Shown in pieces: positions 11,331-19,884 of a stretch of DNA of 64,000 nt. Made by a program: the position numbers and the translations under genes. Source of the DNA: Rhizobiaceae bacterium (GTDB lineage: Bacteria > Pseudomonadota > Alphaproteobacteria > Rhizobiales > Rhizobiaceae); assembly GCA_051960255.1 (NCBI GenBank), contig JBQCEL010000191.1, positions 2,604 to 66,603 on the forward strand, read 5' to 3'. A model generated the notes under the pieces. The model saw only the letters and a program-made list of their open reading frames with translations, did no database searches and was not told where the DNA came from. Numbering within the stretch: position 1 is the stretch's first letter; each line of letters begins with the position of its first letter.

Positions 11331-12316
11331 GTGACCACAAGAAGGTGACGGTGATCGGCGGCGGCGCCTGGGGAACGGCGCTGGCGCTGACGATGATCGC
11401 GGCGGGGCACGGCGCGGTCCTATGGGCGCGGGAGGTGGCGACGGTCGAGGCGATCAACCAGCGGGGAGAGAACCCCCGCTATCTGCCGGGTATCGTCCTC
11501 GGCAAGCGGCTCCAGGCGACAGAGAATATTGATGCTGCGTTGAAGGACGCATCCCATGTTCTCGTCGTGGTGCCGGCACAGACCCTGCGGGCGGTATTCT
11601 CCACGGTTGCGGGGCGGATCGCGCCCGGGGTTCCGATCGTCATCTGCGCGAAGGGCATCGAGGCGTCGAGCGGCCTGTTGCCCTCGGCGATAGCGGCGGA
11701 ATTTTTCCCGGAGCAGACGATCGGCGCACTTTCCGGGCCGAGTTTCGCCCGCGATGTGGCGCAAGGCCTGCCAACGGCCGTGACGGTCGCGGCCGATGAT
11801 GCGGCCATAGCAAGGGAGCTGGCCGCCTTCCTCACGGCCCCACATTTCCGCTGCTATTCGAGCGACGACCTTGTCGGCGTGGAGCTTGGCGGCGCGCTGA
11901 AGAACGTCATGGGGATAGCGGCGGGCGCCGTCTCCGGCGCCGGTCTCGGCGCAAGCGCGCTCGCCGCCATGGTGACGCGCGGCTTCGTCGAGTTGCGACG
12001 CGTCGGCGCGGCGCTCGGCGGAAGGCCGGAAACGCTGATGGGCCTCTCCGGCCTTGGCGACCTCATCCTGACATGCGGATCGGAGCGCTCGCGCAATTTT
12101 CTTTATGGCCGTGCGCTGGCGCGCGGCGAGAATACCGAGGGACTGCCTCTTGCCGAAGGCGTCGCGACTGCTGCAATTGCGGCGAAGATCGCCGCCGAAC
12201 GTGGAATCGAAGCGCCGATCATCTCCGCCGTCTCTGCGCTTCTGGAAGGGCGCACGACGGTCGCGGAAGCGGTCACGGGATTGCTCGCAAGGCCCTTGAA
12301 AAGCGAGGACGCCTGA
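11327..12316 (+). CDS. gpsA: NAD(P)H-dependent glycerol-3-phosphate dehydrogenase
   Basis: [41 protein letters not shown]. Confidence 0.96.
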   Translation: MSDHKKVTVIGGGAWGTALALTMIAAGHGAVLWAREVATVEAINQRGENPRYLPGIVLGKRLQATENIDAALKDASHVLVVVPAQTLRAVFSTVAGRIAPGVPIVICAKGIEASSGLLPSAIAAEFFPEQTIGALSGPSFARDVAQGLPTAVTVAADDAAIARELAAFLTAPHFRCYSSDDLVGVELGGALKNVMGIAAGAVSGAGLGASALAAMVTRGFVELRRVGAALGGRPETLMGLSGLGDLILTCGSERSRNFLYGRALARGENTEGLPLAEGVATAAIAAKIAAERGIEAPIISAVSALLEGRTTVAEAVTGLLARPLKSEDA

Positions 12317-12356
12317 CGCACAGCTTGGTGCGACTACTGACCTTGAAGGACCAAGC

Positions 12357-12650
12357 ATGCTTTTCGCCATTCTTTGCCAAGACAAGCCCGGTCATCTCCA
12401 GCTTCGCCAGGAAACCCGGCCAAGCCATTTGGCCTACCTCAACGAACTCAACGAGAAAGGGGCGCTCAAATTCGCCGGCCCGTTTCTCGGCGATGGCGGC
12501 AACTCCAATGGCAGTCTTGTCATGATCGAAGCGGAGAACAGGTCAAAAGCCGAGGAAATCGCCGCCGGCGATCCCTATGCCAAGGCCGGTCTCTTCGCCA
12601 ATGTCGAGATCCGCGCCTGGAACTGGGCAATTAACAATCCTGCCGCCTAA
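12357..12650 (+). CDS. YciI-like protein
   Basis: RQETRPSHLAYL, AGPFL, GSLVMIEA, DPYAKAGLF. Confidence 0.9.
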   Translation: MLFAILCQDKPGHLQLRQETRPSHLAYLNELNEKGALKFAGPFLGDGGNSNGSLVMIEAENRSKAEEIAAGDPYAKAGLFANVEIRAWNWAINNPAA

Positions 12651-12666
12651 CGTCGGAGAAGCACGC

Positions 12667-13092
12667 GTGAACTACTGGCTGTTCAAATCCGAGCCCGATT
12701 CCTGGTCATGGGACAAGCAGAAGGCAAAAGGCCAGGCCGGGCAGGAATGGGACGGAGTTCGCAATTATCAGGCGCGCAACAATATGCGCCAGATGAAGGT
12801 CGGCGATCTCGGATTCTTCTACCATTCCAACCAGGGCATGGCGGTCGTCGGCATCGTCGAGGTTTCGGCGGCGGCGCATCATGATTCCACCACGGATGAC
12901 CCGCGCTGGGAATGCGTTGATATCCGCGCCGTACGCGCCGTGCCAAAGCCCGTGACGCTGGAGGCGGTGAAGGCCAATCCGAATCTTGCGCAAATGGTGC
13001 TGGTCAACAATTCGCGGCTTTCCGTCCAGCCCGTTACGGAAGCGGAATGGAAGGAAATCTGCCATATGGGCGGTGTCGATCCGGTTCCGTGA
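12667..13092 (+). CDS. EVE domain protein
   Basis: YWLFKSEPDSWSW, WDGVRNYQARN, FFYHS, SRLSVQPV; GTG start. Confidence 0.93.
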   Translation: MNYWLFKSEPDSWSWDKQKAKGQAGQEWDGVRNYQARNNMRQMKVGDLGFFYHSNQGMAVVGIVEVSAAAHHDSTTDDPRWECVDIRAVRAVPKPVTLEAVKANPNLAQMVLVNNSRLSVQPVTEAEWKEICHMGGVDPVP

Positions 13093-13322
13093 CCGGTAGA
13101 AAATCCCTGAAATTCCTCCTTGGGGCCAAACCAGTCAGTCCGCCAAGCGCATTGAAGCATCTCGACCGCAAACGGATAGGTTGCCGTCCGTGCTCGGCAG
13201 AGGCTGCGGCGCGGGCGCGAGCATCTCCGGTACTGCCAGCAAAATGGCATTCAACTTGCGCAGAACGAGGAGAGACTCGACAGTTCAACCGTTGCGTGCT
13301 TTTTGACATCCGAGGAATGTGA

Positions 13323-13442
13323 ATGAACTGGTGGGATCTTGGATGGGGTTTGGTCGTGCTTGGCTGCGCTTATCTCGTTTTGCCGCGCAGGCTCAGGCAG
13401 GTCCGGGAGGCGATCGAGCGTTTCGTCGGACTGAGAAACTGA
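13323..13442 (+). CDS. Putative 39-aa small membrane protein (not in the ORF track)
   Basis: GAGGA RBS 6 nt before ATG; MNWWDLGWGLVVLGCAYLVLPRRLRQVREAIERFVGLRN; hydrophobic helix followed by basic residues. Confidence 0.5.
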   Translation: MNWWDLGWGLVVLGCAYLVLPRRLRQVREAIERFVGLRN

Positions 13443-13456
13443 CGCGTTTCCCCCTT

Positions 13457-14344
13457 TCAGTCGCGGCCATCGAAGGCGTCGAAAGCCCGCCTGTATCTGT
13501 CAAGGTTAAGCGCCGTGTAGGCGGGGTAGTCGAAGACAATTTCCGAGGTGAGTTCGGAAGCCATGCTCCATAGCGTCTCACGCAGAAGCGAAGCACATTT
13601 CATCGCGCCATAGCTTTGCAGCAGCGCCGCATCCGGCTCCGCTCCGAAATAGGCCCGCAGCATCACGCGCTCGGCCTCGGGCGGCAAGCCGCAATTGGTG
13701 GCCAGGCCGCCGAGATCGAACAAGGGCGAGTTGAAGCCGCCATATTCCCAATCGACCAGCCAGAGGCGATCGCCTCCGCGCAGAATGTTGGCCGGCAAGA
13801 GGTCGTTGTGGCCGACAACGAGATCGATCCTGCCAACGGCCCGTTCGAGAGATCGCGCTTCCTGCATCAGCCGGGGGAGCGTTGCGCAATGCGGCGAATT
13901 GCGCTCCAAAAGGAATGCCGCGTAGTTGCGCAAGACGTGGAAAACCCAAAAAGCGTGGATCGGCCCGCGCACATGGGCGGTCACTTGCCCGTGCGCCTCA
14001 CGGACAAGCGCAGTGACCTCCAACAGCGTGTCTTTCTCATGGAGATCGGCTTCGGTCATGGGCGCTGCGTCGACAAAGGCTAGAACGAGAATGCCCGGTT
14101 CGACATGATGCACCACCGGCGAGACGCCCGCCTCGGCGGCGGCCCGGCTGATCGCCACCTCGTTCGACCGCGTGACACCGTGTTCTGCAAGATCATGGCC
14201 GAAGCGGACGACGAACTTGCGGCCCTGATCCTTCACGATCAGGTTGATATTGGTGATGCCGCCGGGAAGCGGCTCTATCTCACTCGGATTTGTCCAGCAG
14301 GAAAGCGTGCGGGCTTTCGCGATGGCCTCGTCGACCGCCGTCAT
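13457..14344 (-). CDS. Choline/ethanolamine kinase-like phosphotransferase (APH/ChoK family)
   Basis: GGITNINL P-loop, HNDLLPANIL (Brenner motif), LVDWEYGG. Confidence 0.88.
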   Translation of the reverse strand: MTAVDEAIAKARTLSCWTNPSEIEPLPGGITNINLIVKDQGRKFVVRFGHDLAEHGVTRSNEVAISRAAAEAGVSPVVHHVEPGILVLAFVDAAPMTEADLHEKDTLLEVTALVREAHGQVTAHVRGPIHAFWVFHVLRNYAAFLLERNSPHCATLPRLMQEARSLERAVGRIDLVVGHNDLLPANILRGGDRLWLVDWEYGGFNSPLFDLGGLATNCGLPPEAERVMLRAYFGAEPDAALLQSYGAMKCASLLRETLWSMASELTSEIVFDYPAYTALNLDRYRRAFDAFDGRD

Positions 14345-14517
14345 TCAGCTCCTCCTTCGCCGACCTCTCCCGGCGCTACCGCGCCTTACGCCGGCCCCGG
14401 TGTCGTACGAAATTTCCGGCGGCCAGCGCAAGATTGCCCCGAGCGTGGTCCCGCGGGCCTTTACCTTCATCGCCGCTCGCGTAATGCTGGCATCAGAGAG
14501 AAGCGGCGAGGACCCAC

Positions 14518-16962
14518 ATGGCGGAGATCCCCTCATCAGCAAAAGTGGTGATCGTGGGCGGGGGCATAATCGGCTGTTCGACCGCTTATCACCTCGCCAA
14601 AGCCGGCGTCGAAGTTGTCCTGCTCGAACGCAAGAAGCTGACATCCGGCTCGACCTTCCACGCAGCGGGTCTCGTCGGGCAGTTGCGTTCCAACGCCAAT
14701 GTGACGCAGCTTCTCGGTTATTCCATCGACCTCTACCGGAAGCTCGAGACGGAGACTGGCCAGGCGACAGGCTGGAAGATGAATGGCGGCTTGCGGCTGG
14801 CGTGCAACCTGGAACGCTGGACGGAGGTGCGTCGCCAGGCGACGACCGCGCGCAGCTTCGGCCTCGACATGCAACTGCTGTCGCCCCGCGAGGCGCTCGA
14901 TCTGTGGCCGCTGATGAACATCGGCGATCTCGTCGGCGCGGCCTTCCTGCCGACGGACGGGCAGGCCAATCCATCCGATATCACTCAGGCGCTGGCGAAA
15001 GGCGCGCGGATGGCCGGCGCCCGGATCATCGAAGATTGTAAGGTTCTCTCGGTCGTCATCGAGGAGGGAACAGTCAAGGGCGTGAAGACGGAGCACGGCC
15101 CGATTGCTTGCGAAAAGATCGTCGCCTGCTGCGGGCTGTGGACGCGGGAATTCGCCAAACCGTACGGCGTCAATGTGCCGCTGGTGCCGGTTAAGCACCA
15201 GTACATCGTGACGGAGCGGATCGAGGGCGTGACGCCGGACCTGCCGACGCTGAGAGACCCGGACCGGCTGACCTATTACAAGGAGGAGGTCGGGGGGCTG
15301 GTCATGGGCGGCTATGAGCCAAACCCGGTTCTCTGGGCGCTTGACGGCATTCCGAAAGGTTTCCATTACACGCTGCTCGAAAGCGATTTTAACCATTTCG
15401 AGCCAATCATGGAACTTGCGCTGGGTCGCGTGCCGGCGCTCCAGACCGTCGGCGTCAAGCAACTTGTCAACGGCCCGGAAAGCTTCACGCCAGACGGCAT
15501 GTTTATTCTGGGCGAAGCGCCGGAACAGCGCAATTTCTTCGTCGGCGCCGGCTTCAACGCGTTCGGCATCGCCTCAGGCGGCGGCGCCGGCATGGCGCTT
15601 GCCGAATGGGTCCGCGATGGAGAGCCGCCCTTCGATCTATGGCCGGCCGATATCCGCCGCTTCGGGCGGCCGCATTTCGACGATGACTGGATCCGCAAGC
15701 GGACCTATGAGGCCTATGGCAAGCATTACACCATGGCATGGCCGTCGGAGGAGCACCATTCCGCCCGTCCCTGCCGCAGATCGCCACTTTACGAGACGCT
15801 TCTGGCCGATGGCGCGGTATTCGGCGAGAAACTCGGCTGGGAGCGGCCGAACTGGTTCGCCGATCTTGCCGCCGGCGAAGAACAGAAAGACATTTATACG
15901 TTCGGGCGGCCGAACTGGCATTCGGCGGTGGGGCGCGAGCATCGGGCCTGCCGCGAGGCCGCCGTGCTTTTCGACCAGACCTCCTTTGCCAAATTTGTGC
16001 TAAAGGGCCCAGATGCCTGCGTAGCGCTCGATTGGATGGCCGCCAACAATGTCGACAGGCCGGTCGGCAGTCTGGTCTACACCCAGATGCTGAACGATCG
16101 TGCTGGCATTGAATGCGACCTGACCGTGGCGCGGACCAAGCCTGACGAATATTACATCGTTACCGGCACGGGCTTCGCCACGCACGATTTCGACTGGATT
16201 TCCCGCAACATCCCGCGAAACGTGCGGGCCGAACTGGTCGATATCACCTCGTCGAATTCGGTGCTGTCTCTGATGGGGCCGCGATCCCGCGACATTTTGG
16301 CGGCCGTGACCTCTGCCGATCTTTCCAATAATGCGTTTCCGTTCGGGACGGTGAGGATGATCGGCATCGCCGGCTGCCCGGTCATGGCGCTGCGCGTCAC
16401 CTATGTCGGCGAACTCGGCTGGGAACTGCATGTGCCAGTCGAATGCGCCGCGAACGTCTATGCGGCGTTGCGCGAGGCCGGCGCCCGACATGGGCTCGTC
16501 AATGCCGGCTATCGCGCCATCGAGACGCTTCGCCTCGAAAAAGGGTATCGCGCCTGGGGATCAGATATCGGGCCGGACCACACGCCTGACGAGGCCGGCC
16601 TCGGCTGGGCGGTCAAGATCAAGAAGGCTATCGCCTTCAAGGGGCGGGCCGCCGTCGAAGCCCAGCGCAAAAGCGGGGTCAAGAAGCGGATGGCGACCTT
16701 CGTTGCCGATCCGGATGTGATTCTGCTCGGCCGAGAAACGATCTACCGCAATGGCGAGCGAGTCGGATGGCTGAGTTCCGCCGGTTTCGGTCATACGCTG
16801 CAAAAATCCATCGGCATGGGCTATGTGCGCAATCCGGATGGCGTCACCGAGGAATACGTCACCGGAGGCCGCTACGAGCTGGACGTCGCCACCGAGCGCG
16901 TGCCCTGCAGCGTAACGCTTGCGCCTCTCCACGACCCGAAGATGGAAAGGATCAAGGCTTAG
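14518..16962 (+). CDS. GcvT-family FAD-dependent oxidoreductase (sarcosine/dimethylglycine dehydrogenase-like)
   Basis: GGGIIG FAD motif, GSTFHAAGLV (covalent-flavin His), NGPESFTPDG, C-terminal folate-binding domain (VTYVGELGWELH, LRLEKGYRAWG). Confidence 0.92.
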   Translation: MAEIPSSAKVVIVGGGIIGCSTAYHLAKAGVEVVLLERKKLTSGSTFHAAGLVGQLRSNANVTQLLGYSIDLYRKLETETGQATGWKMNGGLRLACNLERWTEVRRQATTARSFGLDMQLLSPREALDLWPLMNIGDLVGAAFLPTDGQANPSDITQALAKGARMAGARIIEDCKVLSVVIEEGTVKGVKTEHGPIACEKIVACCGLWTREFAKPYGVNVPLVPVKHQYIVTERIEGVTPDLPTLRDPDRLTYYKEEVGGLVMGGYEPNPVLWALDGIPKGFHYTLLESDFNHFEPIMELALGRVPALQTVGVKQLVNGPESFTPDGMFILGEAPEQRNFFVGAGFNAFGIASGGGAGMALAEWVRDGEPPFDLWPADIRRFGRPHFDDDWIRKRTYEAYGKHYTMAWPSEEHHSARPCRRSPLYETLLADGAVFGEKLGWERPNWFADLAAGEEQKDIYTFGRPNWHSAVGREHRACREAAVLFDQTSFAKFVLKGPDACVALDWMAANNVDRPVGSLVYTQMLNDRAGIECDLTVARTKPDEYYIVTGTGFATHDFDWISRNIPRNVRAELVDITSSNSVLSLMGPRSRDILAAVTSADLSNNAFPFGTVRMIGIAGCPVMALRVTYVGELGWELHVPVECAANVYAALREAGARHGLVNAGYRAIETLRLEKGYRAWGSDIGPDHTPDEAGLGWAVKIKKAIAFKGRAAVEAQRKSGVKKRMATFVADPDVILLGRETIYRNGERVGWLSSAGFGHTLQKSIGMGYVRNPDGVTEEYVTGGRYELDVATERVPCSVTLAPLHDPKMERIKA

Positions 16963-17966
16963 ACGACCTGAAAACAGATGGGCATTTGATCGCTTCAGCC
17001 TCGTGAATGAAGACCAGTTGGCTTGCGCCAGCAAAATGCTCAGCGCGTTGGTGGACTGACCACGCAAAGCAGAATCGCACTTACCCACAGACGGAAGTTC
17101 GCTGACAGCGAATTTTATTCTGAACCTTGAGGCGCGAATCTCCTTATACAGAGCCATCGTATGTTGAAGGGGATAGCCCTCACTCACTGGGGCTCCGATA
17201 GGAGCCTCGAGGAAGGTCGATAGCCTCCTAATTTCCGGCCGGCAGGTGCGCGGAGCATATGGCGGCGCGGGCGTAGCGGCGCGTGTATTGTTTTTTTCAT
17301 CATGGCATGCGTTGCAAAACGGATGTCGCAGCCACCCTTGCCAAACTGGCCTGCTATCGTGGGCATTTGCCAACCGGCAGCCCGCTAAGCCCGATCATGG
17401 CGTTTTATGCACACTACGATGTGTGGGAGAGCATCGCAGCACATTGCAAGGCTAACGGGTATCGTCTGACGGTTTATATTGATGATGTGACGATTTCGGG
17501 GGCTGCTCTTGCGCCTGAGGTCCTTTGGAACATCAAGCGGGCCATCCACCGTGCTGGTCTGCGCTATCACAAGGAAAAGCGCTTTATCGACCGTCCGGAA
17601 GAAATTACCGGGGTAATTGTCGACGGGGACCGGCTAATTCCACCAAACCGACAACTCAAGAAGTTGCATGAAACTCGTCGCGCGTTGAAGCGGCGAATGT
17701 CGATCGGAGTAGAAAAGAAACTCCGTGAGCGGTTGACCGGTCTGGAGGGCCAGGTTGCGCAGATCGGCCTTGTGACGGTCCGCTCGTATTCCGCTGCACC
17801 GTCGCGCACTCCAGCGACATCGCGACTTCACGCCGCGTCTGTCCCGCAAAGTGGTAACCCGCGTGTAACCACGGCCCTTTGAGCCGCTTTCGCGCCTTGC
17901 GATTTCAACCGTCCAGAAAATGGAAAAGCCGCGGAGTTCCGCAGATTTGAGAATTTTTGGAAAGTC
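16963..17966. mobile_element. Degenerate island/prophage remnant at the tRNA-Gly 3' end
   Basis: Hand-counted 60-nt lines are about 52-57% GC versus about 60-63% in flanking genes; contains an RT fragment; abuts the tRNA CCA end; no integrase and no second att copy seen. Confidence 0.6.
17277..17882 (+). pseudogene. Retron-type reverse transcriptase, N-terminally truncated
   Basis: RRVYCFF, GHLPTGSPLSP (17367), YIDDVTISG (17475), GLRYHKEK, EEITGVIV (17604; VTG-like region Y); in-frame TAG at 17274; no intact motif A or NAxxH upstream. Confidence 0.85.
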
Positions 17967-18041
17967 TGGAGCGGGCGAAGGGATTCGAACCCTCGACCCC
18001 AACCTTGGCAAGGTTGTGCTCTACCCCTGAGCTACACCCGC
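17967..18041 (-). tRNA. tRNA-Gly (anticodon GCC)
   Basis: Reverse complement GCGGGTGTAGCTCAGGGGTAGAGCACAACCTTGCCAAGGTTGGGGTCGAGGGTTCGAATCCCTTCGCCCGCTCCA: cloverleaf, TTCGAAT T-loop, encoded CCA. Confidence 0.98.
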
Positions 18042-18069
18042 TCGATGCGGACTGGCCGCAAGCCGCGCT

Positions 18070-18098
18070 TATATGACCGAAGCGGCGCGCGATTGCAA
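18070..18098 (-). promoter_or_regulatory. Putative sigma70 promoter of tRNA-Gly
   Basis: TTGCAA-N17-CATATA about 30 nt upstream of the tRNA. Confidence 0.55.
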
Positions 18099-18235
18099 CA
18101 GGGAAATGATGACCGGCCCGCGGCTGGAATAGCTTTCCGGGCGGCCTCCTATCCCGAGGGGTCTTGTTCCGGCGGGGCGTTTCGCCCTATGGCTGCGTGA
18201 AGAGATGCTTTTTTACGCACGAGAGAGCAGGCCAC

Positions 18236-18778
18236 ATGCCCGAGACATTCAGGCTCAACACGACGACACCCTCGACGGCGACACCAAAGACGCCGGATGA
18301 TCTTTTCGCCTTCCTCGATGGCCTCGGCGTCACCGTCAAGACGGTTTCCCATCCGCCTTTGTTCACCGTCGCGGATTCGCGGGAATTGCGTGGCCCGATC
18401 GAGGGCGGCCATACCAAGAACCTGTTCCTGCGCGACCGGAAGGACGCCTTTTTCCTGCTGACGGTGGAAGAGGACGCCGAGATCGACCTGAAGACGATCC
18501 ACCATGTCATCGGCGCGTCCGGGCGCGTCTCCTTCGGCAAGCCCGAACAGCTGCTGGAACTGCTCGGCGTCCGTCCGGGCGCTGTCACGGTCTTCGGCGC
18601 GATCAATGATGCCGAGGGCAAGGTCCGGATCGTCCTCGACGAATCCCTCATGATGCATGACATCATCAACGCGCATCCGCTGACCAACGAGGCGACGACG
18701 TCGATCGGCCGGCAGGACCTGTTGAAATTTCTCGAGGCGACGGGCCACGCGCCCGCCATCTTGAAACTGTCGGCGTGA
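18236..18778 (+). CDS. Prolyl-tRNA editing protein (ProXp-ala/YbaK family)
   Basis: HPPLFTVADS, GHTKNLFLRDRK, GVRPGAVTVFG, INAHPLTNEAT. Confidence 0.9.
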   Translation: MPETFRLNTTTPSTATPKTPDDLFAFLDGLGVTVKTVSHPPLFTVADSRELRGPIEGGHTKNLFLRDRKDAFFLLTVEEDAEIDLKTIHHVIGASGRVSFGKPEQLLELLGVRPGAVTVFGAINDAEGKVRIVLDESLMMHDIINAHPLTNEATTSIGRQDLLKFLEATGHAPAILKLSA

Positions 18779-18787
18779 TCGCCACAT
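18760..18787 (+). promoter_or_regulatory. Putative RpoH (sigma32) promoter of cnoX
   Basis: CTTGAA-N16-CCACAT upstream of a chaperedoxin gene. Confidence 0.55.
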
Positions 18788-18862
18788 TGCGGGCAAGCCG
18801 AAAGTCATGGTCAAATCCATCATGGTCAAATCCATGGCGACACCTTATCGAGAGGGCCAAAA

Positions 18863-19831
18863 ATGAGCGACCAGGGGAACCCTTACGGGAACGGCAACGG
18901 GAACTATGAAACGCGTACGAGTTTCGGCGCCGCTCAACCGTCTGGCGCCGAGGCTCCGACGGCGGAACTCGTCCGCGACACCACCACGGCCGGATTTTCG
19001 GCCGACGTGATCCGCGAATCGCGCAACCAGCCCGTGCTCGTCGATTTCTGGGCCCCCTGGTGCGGGCCATGCAGGCAGCTGACGCCGGCGCTCGAGAAGG
19101 TCGTCCGCGAGGCGAAAGGACGGGTGAAACTCGTCAAGATGAACATCGACGAGCACCCCTCGATTCCCGGCCAGCTCGGCATCCAGTCGATCCCCGCCGT
19201 TATCGCCTTCAAGAACGGACAGCCGGTCGACGGTTTCATGGGAGCAGTTCCCGAGAGCCAGATCCGCGATCTGATCGACAGGGTCGCCGGACCCGGCGGC
19301 GGCGACCGGATCGAGGCGGCGCTGGCCGCTGCCGTGGAGGCCCGCGGAAAGGGCGATCTTCGCGCCGCCGCGGAACTCTACGCGGCCGTCCTTGCCGAGG
19401 CGCCGGACAATATCGACGCCGCCGCCGCCCTCGCTGGCATCCTCTACGAAACGGGCGATGTCGAGGGAGCGGGCGAAATCCTGGCCGGCATTCCCGCAGA
19501 CAAGGCCGACCATCCCGATCTCGCCGCCGTCAGAGCCCGGATGGAGCTCGACAAGGAAGTCGCAGCGCTTGGCAATCCGGCGGAACTCGAGCAAAAGCTG
19601 GCCGCCAACCCGAAGGATCATCAGGCGCGTTTCGATCTCGCCATGATACAGAACGCGCGCGGCGAGCGTGAGGCGGCAGCCGATAACCTTCTCGCGATCA
19701 TGAAGGCCGACCGCGGCTGGAAGGATGACGGCGCCCGCCAGCAATTGCTGCGTTTCTTCGAGGCGTGGGGCATGATGGATGAGGCGACGCTTGCCGCACG
19801 GCGCAAACTCTCCTCCCTTCTTTTCTCCTGA
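18863..19831 (+). CDS. cnoX: Thioredoxin-TPR chaperedoxin (YbbN/CnoX)
   Basis: VDFWAPWCGPC active site followed by TPR region (ARQQLLRFFEAWG, RRKLSSLLFS). Confidence 0.9.
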   Translation: MSDQGNPYGNGNGNYETRTSFGAAQPSGAEAPTAELVRDTTTAGFSADVIRESRNQPVLVDFWAPWCGPCRQLTPALEKVVREAKGRVKLVKMNIDEHPSIPGQLGIQSIPAVIAFKNGQPVDGFMGAVPESQIRDLIDRVAGPGGGDRIEAALAAAVEARGKGDLRAAAELYAAVLAEAPDNIDAAAALAGILYETGDVEGAGEILAGIPADKADHPDLAAVRARMELDKEVAALGNPAELEQKLAANPKDHQARFDLAMIQNARGEREAAADNLLAIMKADRGWKDDGARQQLLRFFEAWGMMDEATLAARRKLSSLLFS

Positions 19832-19856
19832 TACGGCGGCATTTTGCCCATACGGC

Positions 19857-19884
19857 CTTGAGTTCGGCCGTCGCCGCGCCAAAT
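19857..19884 (+). promoter_or_regulatory. Putative RpoH promoter of the LON-N gene
   Basis: CTTGAG-N16-CCAAAT, same spacing as the 18760 site. Confidence 0.45.

Noticed and set aside
14345-14517. Glycine riboswitch upstream of the GcvT-family gene
   Set aside because: No GGAGA/CCGAAG/CTCAGG aptamer elements seen, and the region is short
16964-17166. Protein-like plus-frame stretch (WAFDRFSLVNEDQ...ANFILNLEARISLYRAIVC) with an internal stop
   Set aside because: Could be a decayed effector gene, but I recognise no family; needs a translated search
16561-17373. 270-aa minus-strand ORF crossing the island remnant
   Set aside because: Runs antisense into both the RT fragment and the GcvT-family gene; no motif or RBS recognised; cannot be supported as a gene
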